NCBI GenBank assembly: GCA_965649825.1
Contig: OZ287697.1
Span: 1,846,351 to 1,910,350 of the forward strand
Direction of reading: 5' to 3'
Length of the DNA: 64,000 nucleotides
Origin: Penicillus capitatus
Lineage: Eukaryota > Plantae > Chlorophyta
The notes under the pieces are model-generated. The model was not told the DNA's origin, searched no databases, and saw only the letters and a program-made list of their open reading frames with translations. Every line of letters starts with the position of its first letter. The first letter of the stretch is position 1. Shown in pieces: positions 24,185 to 36,361 of the stretch. The position numbers were made by a program, and so were the translations under genes.

Positions 24185-25250
24185 CTGTCAACACGCTGTT
24201 GCGATAAAAGTGCGCAGCACAGGGTGAATCAGTCACCTTTGAGGCTCGATAGACGTTGAATCTGATACTCGAATTGTCGCCTGCACGTTGAACCACCTGA
24301 GCGAAAACGCACAATTCAGAGCTCGTAATCGCTTACGGTCATCACGCACCTCTGCCTGTTGAGGTTGGTCGGTGTATCGTGCGGCGTCGACCACGGCGGT
24401 CGTATGCGGCGTTCCCGTTTGGCATGGCACCCACGTTTCGCTTCCGACCGGCGTCTTCGGACAGTCTTCGAAGCAAGCGGATTCTTCGGCAACCGTCAGA
24501 TGCTCAGGCTGGAGAAACGGTCGCCGTAACAACACACGTGGACGAATCCAATATGCATGCTTACCATCTTTATCAGGATATTGTGGTTTGCCATTCCGAC
24601 TGGTTGTTTTAGAGGTTTGGCAGCAGAGTGAGAACCGTTGTCCATGTTTTCAGCGTACTGCGATGCGTCGTTGCTCGTGGTGTCGTTCTGCAAACGGAAA
24701 TCGGTTCGGCTGTTCGGAGAAAGGGGTCCGACTTTACCTTGTCGAATTCGTTGGCAGACTTGGTGTGCGCGGAATACGTCGACAAATAAACTTCAGAAAT
24801 GAAGTACGGAGTTCTGCCGATGAGTCAGATATAGCTTCGCAATAATCTGTTTAATGGAGGAGGTTAAGGCGACTCTGGTGAAGACAGGCGTCGCAGTGTA
24901 TTCCCTCGGCAATGCGTTTGACCTGCACTCGGCTGCGGAGCCAACACCAGTGACAAACACGAGAGCAGCATCGTCATTTGTGGTCAATCGAGAATAACGG
25001 CCCGTCTGTCTTAGGACATCCAGCTGACACAGATAGATAAGCTGTACGGTTAAGGCTAATGGATCGATTTCACATGTTGAATCATGATCGTCTGCAACTG
25101 TGAAGGAGAGATCCGTGTTTCATGACACGAGAAGGGTCAGTTTACAACAGACGTGCGCCGCTTGGCGAATCTGACGATCCCGTTCATCAATACTCACACA
25201 AGTTCACACAGTTGAAATCAAACGAACACGCTTTAATTTATCCTTTAGCG

Positions 25251-28207
25251 CTACAGATTTAGCACAGCAAGGATATCTTTCATGCAATGGGTGTACTCTG
25301 TCTGGGCAGTCACGATGGCGCTCAGATCAACATTCTCCACGCCGGGCACCTCGACTGGCGAAATCCCTGCCACACTTTGCAGCACGCCACGTCCAACTCG
25401 GAAAATAACTCCGAGAACCCAATCCCCCGTCGAATATCCATTAACAAAGCGGCCCGCCACAACGCTACGCGCCCTTGCCCATTTATAATCTGTCAAGCTC
25501 ACAGGGGCACCCAGTAGAACAACATTCTCCACAATGCCTCTCTTTCCAGCCTGGTACAGCGTCAGTAGACATCGGAAAATGCAGCGGGCGCCCAAAGAGT
25601 AGCCGATCAAGGTGACAGGGCGATTGCCATGAAGTCCCTGCAGCAGATACTGAGCGAGCAGTTCCCCCGCTTTGAGGGAACGGTCCATTGCCAGCACCCA
25701 ATTGTTCCCTACGGTCACATCGACGAGCGTGGTGATCAGAACCGGAATGGCCACGGCTGATAGCAGTCCTGTATACAGATGCTTCTTAATAAACCATTTG
25801 GCAGCCTCATTCGCCACCTACAGTCACATCCAAAGCGTTCAGCAAAGCACGACGGGCCGTTTCGCATCGACTTGCGAAGTGATGAGACCAAAGAGGGCAT
25901 CGCTGACTTTTTTCAGCAGCTTGGATTCCCACACGACAGCAAATCGATCGCAGCTCAGAGAAGGCAGTTTTCGCCACGGATCGATGAAATGCTTATCGTT
26001 GCTGATCACACCGCTCACAGCAATGGTCAAGGCCAGATGGGAATGATCGCCACGGTTGTTGACAGGAAGGGCCAAGAGATCTGGACGTTCCTTCGCCCTG
26101 AGAAGAGATTCCCACCAATCTGTATAGTTGCTCGTTGGCTTCGTCTCTTCGAGATCGTCCAGATCGACCTCGACGCCTGGCACGACCTCGACCTTCCGCT
26201 TCTGTTTCTGGATCGACTCTGGATTTGCCGAATCGGGCGAATCTGGCTCAGTTGTCGTGTCTGACGGCGGAGGAAGGTTGCTGTCGGTTAGAAGGGCGGC
26301 ATCTTCCGTGTCATCGATGGATAAGTGAGATGTCGATGCGGAACGTGTTTGTGGCTTCTTGGCAACGGAGTTGGATTTCTTCCAGGGCCAAAACCGTGAG
26401 GCAGTGCTGGAAGACTCGGCTCTCTGTTTCTTCTTTTCGATTTCTGCCGTCCAGTCCATGGACAGATCCCAAAAGGCAAATTCTTTGACATCATTTGTTC
26501 TCTTGTACATTGTTGCTCCAGTTGAATGGGCACCAAATGCCCCAAAGGCTGTTGTAATTGTCGCCGTCCCTGCAAAAGCAACGATGACGCACTCGCACGT
26601 ATCGATCTGTGGGGGACAGACCTGCAGTGCTGGCAGCGAAGCCAGTAACAGCAGTGGCCGTCGCTGCACCTCCTCCCGCTAATGTCACAGCCGCACCCAA
26701 TCCAGCCGCCACGGCTGGCGCTGCTAATCCGCCAGTAAACGCCACCGCAGCTCCGCCTCCAATAGCCATTGCACTGATCTTTAGCCAGCGACTAACCGCC
26801 GTCGATTTTTTATTCACCGATTCATCGTCTCTCAGCTTGAGATCGCTCAATGCTGCTTCGACCTCGAAAGCGATCATCGTTGTCCAAGGAATCCGCAACC
26901 AATGTGCCATGCGCATCAAGGCAATACGGCAACGTGCATCATACCTACTCTCCAACATCGCCCTGCTGCATCTTCTCTGCATAAACGCACCATTGGATGC
27001 ATACATCGGTGCTGTCCTTTTCTTTCTCTCCTGTCTTCTCTTCAGTAGGCAGCGCATTCTCAAGCAAGGCAGATTTGACGAGGGCCCTCAAAGCCAGGCA
27101 GGATTTGCCCGAAGCGTGATGTTCGTAATTGCTTCTCGGTGTGAATCCTGCCTTTGGAATCACGACATCTTCTGTCTCTTCGACAGCAGGAATCTCTTCT
27201 GCCTGTTTCAAAGATTCCATATACTTTTCGTAAGCAGCATCTTCTTCGCTGTCGCTGTCACTGAGCTTCGCTGCGGAATCCAGTCCCGCCTCTGCAAAGG
27301 CGGAGGGCTTTGGTAACGACGATGCCATATTAGAGGCTCCCTGTTTAGGCAGAAAAGCCTCTTCCCATGCAGAAGGCACAGAATTGATCGCCTCTTCGAC
27401 CGACACATTCGACGCTGCCCCCAGCAATTCCTCCGAGCTATCATCGGAGCGGGAGTCTTCAGTGATGCCGGGGAGCTTCGCTTTGGCAGAGTGCTGCTCT
27501 TCCTTTTCCCCTTTGCACCCAATGACGGTCTCTGTTCCGTCTTCATCTTCCGGTATACACCCCGCCGCCACCACATCCAAGTCTCCCATATCGATAGACC
27601 GCTGTCTTTGCACGGAGAACACTTCAACAGCGTGTCCTTTCGTATAGCACAGTTCAGGATCGAGGATTCGACTGTACTTCTCTACCAAAGTCACACAGTA
27701 TCACTCTTTTGCCAATGCGCGTGATGTGACAGCTGTACCCACAACACGAATCAGGTCATCGATGCCCGACTCGGTCGACACGTCGCCTACTGTCTCCGGA
27801 ATCTTCATCAGTCCTGTCCAACTCTTCTGCGGAATCTCCAGATGGCGAAAGACGGAGGGACACAGACCCTTCGGTCCACAACAATCCCACCCCCAGAAAT
27901 GCACCAAATCTTCAGGCCGTATGGCACTCTCGCCCAACAGCACTTCAAACAAATCAAGCTCAGGTGGACATCTAAAAACACCTCTTCGCCTTCACCACCA
28001 TCTCACGCTGAGCCTCACCCCCAAGCGCATGCGCGGTACTCTCCTTCTGCACTTTCTTGAAATCTGTCCACACCGACCTCCACCTGCGTGGCACATCGGC
28101 AGCCGTCTTCGGGAAGGCGCACGGACTTGTGAGCTGTAGAGAGCTAAGGTAAACAGCGCAGCTGCTGCATAAGTCTCGGTTTCGTCGAGGTCGTGGATTC
28201 TGTTCAT
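25251..28207 (-). CDS. TMCO4: TMCO4/DUF726-family protein (alpha/beta-hydrolase-like), multi-exon
   Basis: N-terminal ETYAAAALFTLALYSSQ; WLKISAMAIGGGAAVAFTGGLAAPAVAAGL; WVLAMDRSLKAGELLA...GNRPVTLIGYSLGARCIF...VENVVLLGAP...RFVNGYSTGDWVLG. Confidence 0.93.
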
Positions 28208-28261
28208 CTTCGTCGTACACCCGTCTTTTTCGTCGTTCTTTACGTTCCGAGTCTCGTTTCA

Positions 28262-29170
28262 ATGGCTCGTCCACGTCGACAGAGCGGATCGCCCCCGGGG
28301 CGTTCTAGCGTCGATAGCGTCCATAGCGACGATAGTGTCGAAACGCACCGTCACTTGGGCAGGTAAGTCCAGTCGTCCAGCTCGATACCTCGTCATTATC
28401 GGCGTGTAGTTTGGTCAACTCTAAAGCCTATATCGCTTACGAGGTGGCACGACGTCGCCGGCAACGACGATGGACCTATGGATATCTCCTGACGATTCTT
28501 TTGCTGCTATGTGCCACGGGATGTCTATTGAGTCTATGGCTGAGCCAGAAGAACGAGCTCGTAAGTCGGACGGTTGAAGCGCTTGGTCTGCCTGTGGACC
28601 TGGGTAGGAAGCTCTGAGATCCCTCTTGACGACGATCGATAAAGAGCGCGCGCATTTGCAAGCAGATCTCACTGAGACGGAATCCGAAAAGTGTGACCGA
28701 ATAAGGACAGCGATATCTCACTTTTTGTAACGAATAGGAAGCAATGCGAAGAGAAGAGAGAAACGGAATGTGGCAGAAACTTTACACAGATCTTTGGCAA
28801 CGAGATTACGCCGCAAACGCCGGCACCGCAGCAGCCACAGCCGCCCTTGCAGCTTCCGCCACAGCCGCCGCAGCAGTCGATGCAGCCGCCACATCAACCG
28901 TACCAGTTTCCGCCGCTACAATTCGATCCGTCCAAGATCAATGAAGTTTCCGAAAGAGTGCCTGTCGATGCCTTCCCTGCATCCAGTTCCCAAACGACGA
29001 TTCCGTTGGATCCCGAGAGAGATGCAGCGCCTTCGACGCCGGCGGCTCCGAAAGTGAACTGGTTGTTTCAGTATCGGTACAGTTGGACGTTGCAGGACAC
29101 GTACTCCTGGAAGATGCTGTTATTCTTCTGGTCAACGATGTTCGTCCTCTTTCGGTTCGTCCTATTATGA
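28262..29170 (+). CDS. Hypothetical membrane protein: TM helix, short coiled coil, Pro/Gln-rich linker, C-terminal TM; 4 exons
   Basis: Three short GT-AG introns give a continuous frame MARPRRQSG...YLLTILLLLCATGCLLSLW...EALRSLLTTIDKE...PQQPQPPLQLPPQ...WKMLLFFWSTMFVLFRFVLL*. Confidence 0.7.
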
Positions 29171-29360
29171 GAAGACCATCCATAACAGATCCCATGCATC
29201 ATCGGATTGCTCGCTGGCAAGAAGGACAGCCGGTTTTGGAATTGAGATTGCCGGTCATCGTCATCATCGCACCAGCAAACTCGGTTTTTGTACGTGAATG
29301 TTTGTGATGTGACGTTTGCCTGACGCTCTCGACGTCGTGAACACGAAGCGGTGTGGCGAA

Positions 29361-31353
29361 ATGGAGAACGTTGTGTACGACGTCGGCCAATCCGCGGGCC
29401 GTTGTGGCTACTGTGATGTCTCCAACGATTTCTACACGCACGGTCCGTTCCCCCTCGCGCACAGACGGCACGACACGGAAGCCGCGTATGACGCAGGAAT
29501 GGTGGCACAGTCGTCCATGACAGTGAATGTCTACCAGGATTTGCTGGACCTCGGATGGCGACGTTCGGGCACCTATCTCTATAAGGTAACAGAGGGCAAT
29601 GTGCCACAGGCATTTGAGGAATGCATCTCAGCCAGACTTGCGTCGAATGTGCTGCCCCACTTATACCATTCGACTCAACGTCAATGACTTCGTACCTTCG
29701 AAAGCTCAAAAGAGAACGATGCGTCGTTGGGAGCAGTACCTGGACGGTAAGGATCCATCCAGTTCAGTAAGGTGGAGATGGTGGGTGGTTGTCAGGTGGT
29801 GCTCTTGCTCAGAGATATCAGCCAGAGAAGACAGCGACGGCATCGGGTCCCATCAGTCATGACACAATGCCGGCTTTGATGAAGCTTCTGCTGACAGACA
29901 TGCTCGACGCTTGGTTTTCGAGCGAGGAGGTGGCGAAGGTAGTGTTCAGAAGCTGAGAGGAAGCTGGTGAGTGGTTGAGCAGGTTTCTGTGGATGTGACG
30001 GTCGGGAGACCATCGACCAAGCAAAGGAAGACGCTGCCAGAGACGGCCTTTCTCAGCAGCCCTATGTGCATCGCCCTTTTCCATGCCCTCAAAGCGCAGC
30101 TCAAAACGGAGATGCGATGGGGCGCTCCTGCCGATCTGGCGCAAAGTTTCGTCTCTCATTTCGAAGGCAACAAAGAGAGGCTGTGGAGAGATCGACTCCC
30201 CCAAGCACAGCAGCCAATCTGGATGCGTTTCGTCCAGGAACTGAGCGTGCATTCCACAAAGGGCTATCTCAATTTCCATCTGCCAAAGCAAGAGCATCTA
30301 CCCGAGCAAGAAACGATCACGCAATGGCTCCAGTCGCTGCAGGCATCCGATCCCAGGGGACCGTTGTCCTCTCAACTGACAGATGCCATCGAAGTGTCGG
30401 ATGCAAGCGAGACGGTCGATTCAGAGATGACTTCTTTACCCAGCTCCTTCTGTCGGCCATCTCAGAAACGCCATCTGGTGCTATCGATTGCCCCGTCGGC
30501 GTTTGTGGAGGAAGAATATCAGCTCTACAAGAAATACCAGACGCAGGTGCACGGGGACAGTCCTGACCGATTCAGCAGACGGCAGTATACCGGCTTCCTG
30601 ATCGACACGCCACTGATCGGCGTTCCCTCTGCAGAAGGACGTCCAGAGATGGGGTCTTTTCACATGCAGTATCGCATTGATGATCATTTGGTGGCCGTCG
30701 GCGTCGTCGATATTCTGCCCAGGTGTCTCTCCAGCAAATACTTCTTCTGGGATCCAGATTTCGCTCCGTTGGCTCTGGGCAAGGTCTCTGCGTTGATGGA
30801 GATCGAATGGGTGCAGAAAGCAGCACGTAGCTATCCAGATCTACAGTACTACTACATGGGCTACTACATTCAGTCCTGTCCCAAGATGCGCTACAAGGGA
30901 GACTATGAACCTTCTGAGCTGCTCTGTCCCGAGTCACATCACTGGGTCTGTCTCACGGACGATATCCGCAAGGAGCTACAGGACAATGCCTATCGTCATC
31001 TCTCAGGCATCCCTGGAGCCATGATTCAGCAAAACGCGACGGTCTCTCTGCCGCCCCTCTCAGACGTACGCGTGCAGAGGGTGTGCGCTTTTGCCAATGG
31101 TATGACATTTGAAGCCTACCTTCAGCTGATCGACAATAGATGGCAGCAAAGGCAGCGGCGTTCTTGGCTGGAGTGGCGAAGTCCAGATGGTGTGAGCCGA
31201 ATGCAGGAAATTGCAGATCTGCTGACGCCGATACTGGAGAGATGGCGATCGCAGACCGGCCGCGTGGCCAATGCACTGATATACAATTGCGCTGCCCTAG
31301 AGAGCATTGCTTTCAGTAGTCACGGGGACCAGGACGACGAGGATGATGATTAG
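29361..31353 (+). CDS. ATE1: Arginyl-tRNA--protein transferase
   Basis: CGYC; YQDLLDLGWRRSGTYLYK; CCPTYTIRL; YKKYQTQVHGD; GSFHMQYRIDDHLVAVGVVDILPRCLSSKYFFWDP; YYYMGYYIQSCPKMRYKGDYEPSELLCP. Confidence 0.97.
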
Positions 31354-31428
31354 TTAGACATGGATCACGAGGTTCGGTTTGGACACGTCACATCACTTTC
31401 CTTTCGCCGAGCGTCAAAACCGAACGTC

Positions 31429-32191
31429 ATGCGCAGCGCGGCCAGTCGAACCAACTTCCAACTCGAGCAAATCGTGGGAAGCCTTCTTTCAGGACAACGG
31501 GTTTTCTCCATCGCCTCTTTGCGCTTAGAATGCCGAGATATTCACCTTGACCTATGGCTCGCTCGTACGGCAGCTTCTTGCCGACTACGACGATTTGCAG
31601 GAAGTCCATAAGCAACTCGAGAACATGTGTGTCTGCGATGCCAAAGCACCACGCCATAAAGAGTGAGATGTTTGTTTGTGCAGGGGGCACAATATTGGGA
31701 TTCGCTTAGTCGACGATTTCCTGTCCAAGTCACATCAGCGATGCAGTACTTTCCGCGAAGCAGCCGACGTCATTTCGCGTCATGCCTTTCCGATGTTTCT
31801 CAACGTGCCCACCGAAGTGCGGGACTGGAACGCAGATGGGACAGAATGCAGCATTGTCATCTACACAGCTTCCTGTTCGCTTCCGCTCACTCGATGATCA
31901 TCTAGATCTTCTGGGACAACCCACTTGCGGATTTCGTCGAGCTGCCGACGGAATACAAAGATCTAAAGTACTCCAACATCCTGTGCGGCGTCATCCGAGG
32001 GGCGCTGGAATCGGTAAGCGTCGTCGGTCACACAAAGAAGCTGCCGAGAAGCGACGGCGATGGTGTAGATCAACATGTCCGTGGAGTGTGACTTCCGCAA
32101 AGACATGTTGCGTGGAGACGACTGCTATGAGCTGCAACTAAAGCTACTGGCCCATGAACCCGAACACTATCCCTTTAAAGATGACGACTGA
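31429..32191 (+). CDS. BET3: TRAPP complex subunit BET3/TRAPPC3, multi-exon
   Basis: Spliced: NAEIFTLTYGSLVRQLL; MGHNIGIRLVDDFLSK; DNPLADFVELP; YSNILCGVIRGALE; DMLRGDDCYELQLKL...EHYPFKDDD*. Confidence 0.95.
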
Positions 32192-32196
32192 AGTTC

Positions 32197-32912
32197 TCAC
32201 TTTTTCTTAGACGTCAACAGATCCCACCAATACTGCGTCGTTCCCGGCGATTTCACCGGTGCGATATCTGGCGATCCACCTCTACAAGAGACAACCGTCG
32301 AGATGTGCGAGAAAGAGTGAGATATCTACCGGAAAAGGAGAATCCGTCGACCGGCGCGATCGATGACGATCCCGCCCGAACGCCGCTCCAATTGCCGAGC
32401 GATATCGGCTGCGTTGTCTTTCCATTGCCGCGACACGCTGATCTTCACCAACTCACGTCTTCGAAAGTGTAACATGAGTGACCCAACGACACCCGTGTCC
32501 ACACCCTTACTCCCTACATCCCTCTTTGATCACACATGGACTGAGACTGTACGAGATCTCACCGATCACCACTTGCACAGGCAGCTTACGTCCCTTTAAC
32601 ATCATGAGATGACGTGTTCTCTGCATAGACAGACGGATACATGACTGTTTGAAGGGCGTTAAGTTATGAGGCGACAGGTGGTATGTCTTTTATCGTCAGA
32701 CGTTGGGCATTTTCAGGATCAGGTGGTGTCGTTTCGGATACTGCCTCTTCATCGCTGGTTTCGAGTCCGAGAGGCGCTTCGAAGTTTGCGTTCTCTTCGA
32801 TGGCGCGGAAACGCGTTTTGTGCCCAATCGATCGCAAATCGAAGCGCAAACGAACGGCACGGGCGACCGGCCTTACGATCGCGGCGCGTTCGACGTGAAG
32901 GGCGAGCTGCAT
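32197..32912 (-). CDS. Single CRM (CRS1/YhbY)-domain RNA-binding protein, likely plastid-targeted; 4 exons
   Basis: Spliced product contains VIGSKGVDTGVVGSLMLHFRRRELVKISV...IARQLERRSGGIVIDRAGRRILLFRG (GxxG, ELVK and LFRG CRM motifs), preceded by an Arg/Ala-rich transit-peptide-like leader. Confidence 0.85.
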
Positions 32913-33020
32913 GGCTCAGCAGACGTTGATTGACAATGTCCTCTCACGTCACATCAACCTCCTCTATCTTCTCCTCTTCGCCTAAAGAGATAGACGTGAC
33001 CGACGGTTACACAAAAGGCG

Positions 33021-36000
33021 TCAAACGTCTCTTATTCGCGTATTGATCTCTTCCGCGATATCGCCGGCCTTCTTCGCGATAACTGGATCTGCGCGTTTTA
33101 CTGCCGCGTGTGCCTCGCTCACGGCATTCTGCTTTTTCTCCGTCGTCTGGCCGATCGCCGCCTCCACGTCGGACACATCGAACGAGGTATCCCCCTGTAT
33201 ACCTTCGCTGTCATCCGCCACGATCTACATCACGAGCGACACCTCAGAACTCACAGCGTCGCATCTGTGGCCATACCTGCGTGATCTTCTCAACCGAATC
33301 TTCGGACGTCACATCATGGCCAGAAGTACTGGTCGGCGTGTTCTGCGAAGCACCTGTCGTTGACGGATTGTCGTCATGACGATGGTCCGTTTCGTGCTCG
33401 TAGTCCTCCACGACGACGCGGAGCAACGTCATGAGTTCAGACTTCTGTGTCGCTGCGGTATCGGACAGCGCCGTCGATGTGAGATTGAGTGCCAAGGCCG
33501 AATGTTGCGTGGCATGGATCGCCTGCTGCATAGCCGAAACGACGAGCTCGTTTAACTACAGCACAGTACTTTGCAAAAGTGTGAGAAGAGTGACCGATTG
33601 GACATTGCTGTCTTCTCTGCCATCTTCGTCCGCCTTTCCCACAGCGCTGTGCACTTGGTCCAGCATATGCAACGTATCGCGCAGGGCCTCGATGGCCAGA
33701 TCGAATTCCTTCTGCACGGCATCGAGGGTGCGCTCGGTGAAGCCTCCCTCTTCTTCCACCGAGATCCCGAGCGCCGACGTCAGATCGGCGACGAGACTGT
33801 CCACTCGGTTGGCCATGGATGCGTCATCGCCTTCCTGCAGCAGACAGAACAGACATGAAGCGGAAGGCGATGGGATAAGGTCTAACCGTTTGTGCCCGTT
33901 CGTTCTTTATCTCTTCTGCCTGCGATTTGAGCTTCTCCTGCAGTTGCTCCACAGAAGTCAACGTGCTCTGGACCTTCTCGATGATGCCTTTGATCTTCTC
34001 GAGGACAGTCTCTGCACAAACGCACACCTCAGCCATTGCTGCATCGCTTCGCCGGTCAATACGGAACTGTAAGCATCAGCGGTCTTTTGATTCTGCTTGT
34101 TTAGCGGATTGGCCAGATGCCAAGCGCTCCCCTTTGCCTTGTCCTCGCCCTTCAGTGTGGCATTCAGCTTCTTGGCCGTGCTGTGCAAGACAGACAACGT
34201 CGATTGCGTGTCCTCTTTTGCATCGCCTGCATCACCAAACGCATCAGACATGGGCGAAGGGGCTGAGATGAGGTGCCGAGTTCTTTGGTCGCCGTTTCGA
34301 CAACATCGACGGCCTTGGCCACGTGCAAAGCCTTCTGCCCGAGGGCTGCCGTGTCTTTCACTTCTTTGTTCTTGTCATAGATATTCTGCACGAGATTGAC
34401 CACTTGCTGCTCTTGATGCACGGCCTTGATCGTGGCAGACGTGCAGACGATGCCCAAGATGATGCCGAGTACCACCAATCCACGTGCCTTCCATTTTAGA
34501 AACCGGTCTGTCTCGGCCACCTCTACCAAAGCGCCGCCGCCTCATTTCCAGTCGTCTCACAAAATCGATCTACTCAGGACTGCTTTGTCGTTGAGTGTTG
34601 ACATCGCCCTGAGGTAAATGAGCCCCGGCATGATGTAGCTGATGACGATGGATGACGTCCCTCCGTTGAGGCCTAAGATGAACTCGACATTCGGAATGAG
34701 CACCGCACACGCATAGGACAATCCTGTGATGTGACGTCTCAGATCTGGCAGTCCAGAAATGGACGCGAGCATTACCCACGAACAGCACGGCGATGCATCG
34801 TCTGGTCGCCAGTCGGCCGAGACGGAGGTAAGGATGGAACATGGGTTCCAGCAACGTCAGCGACGGCAGAATGACGAGGGGGACGGTGCCGATGATCGAG
34901 GCGCCGTACGAGATCTTCAGCAATCGTTCGTAGATCCATCGCACCGACGTCGTCTGTTCCGGATCGATCGCTCCCAGATTCCGCAGAATATCTCCATGCG
35001 TCCTACACACCGATGTCCCAATAGGATCTCACACAATGGTCACACCATTTTCCAAACGTCAGGTATCCGCCTGCGCCGACCATGAGATACACTAAAGCAC
35101 AAAGCCACATAGCCTACACATCCATCCACCTCAACATCCCCGACCACACGAGAGAGCAGGCGACGCGTTGGACGATCATCGACATCTTTGGCACGGTGGG
35201 TGCTCTCAGGAGGGCGTAAACAGGGAAGACGACCGTATGGATGGTGAAACCGTAGGCGATGACGGGGAAGGAGACAAAGGCGCCTTCGGGATCCCAGTAA
35301 CGAATCGCATCTAAAAGATCAACGTCATCCGTGAGCGACAGCGATCGGCCCGTCACCGTCTCGTACTTATGTCAGCAACAGGTCGCATGGCAGAGAGCAT
35401 CATCACAAAGGTGAAGACGAAGATGATGGAGACGGAGCTAATGGACACACACGCCAATGAGGCGGCGTCCTGAACAAAGACAGCGACGGGCAACACAGCC
35501 AATAACGTAATCCCTGATCACACACACAGTACTTAGTGCATTCCCACGCGGCGGCGGCGGCGGGACGTACCTAGGAGGACGGACGTGCGTGATGGCTCGA
35601 GACCGGGTGGAATGATGCTGCCGGATACAGACGAGAGCACATCGGCCAGGACGTTGAGATAGCTGACCATGGCGCCAAGGTTTATCACAATAATGCAGAA
35701 ATGGATGCAGAGTTCGCCCGGTTTGCCAAAGAGGGACTGCGCCAACTCTTCATACGATTTCTTTCCCGTCATCTGCGAACTGAGCAGCAGCAGTCGGACC
35801 GACAGCAGCGTGGCCATGCCGATAAAGAGAACGAGACATGTGGCAAGCACCAGACCGGAAGTCTTGAAGGCGTAAGGGAACCCGAGGACACCGACGCCCA
35901 GGACAGCGTTGATTAAATTGAAGACCGACTGGCTTGACGTCGCCGTCGCTTCGGCAGCGGAAAGGGTCATCTGTCGAAACAGGTGGTGCGTATGGTGTGG

Positions 36001-36168
36001 GTGGGGAGGAGGGGAGAATACAGTGCCCGAAGGCGTGGAGACATGAGGGGATGCCAGATGGACTGTGCGGTCAGTGGACAGTGTTGCTGCGTATGTTCGT
36101 TCGGGTGCCGTCGTTTGATTCGAATCGGACAACGAGCGGTGGTATAGAGACGTCAATCGATCCGCCAT
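33021..36168 (-). CDS. Amino-acid transporter (AAAP/SLC38 family, SLC38A10-like) with a long C-terminal helical extension, multi-exon
   Basis: SVFNLINAVLGVGVLGFPYAFKTSG; PVIAYGFTIHTVVFPVY; LIPNVEFILGLNGGTSSIVISYIMPGLIYL. A 51-nt intron (GTAGATCG...TTTGGTAG) links to a last TM (GLVVLGIILGIVCTS) and further Ala/Glu/Lys-rich exons ending at 33021. The start could instead be 35970. Confidence 0.85.
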
Positions 36169-36361
36169 TTCACAGAAGGGCGTGCACGTCGCATCGGATA
36201 AGAGCGCACGTGATGTGACAGCTCGCGCGTCATCAGCCGCTGTGATGGGACGTTGTCGTCTCATATGAAATAGGGCCGATCGGTTGACAGGAGTGGCGGC
36301 GGTGGTCGTGGTGTTCCATACAAATTGACGATACCTACCCTTGTCATTGTACGATGGAATG

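Noticed and set aside
24200-25000. Short hydrophobic ORF fragments upstream of the NB-ARC-TPR gene
   Set aside because: No consistent frame, splice model or recognisable homology; more likely promoter or decayed sequence.
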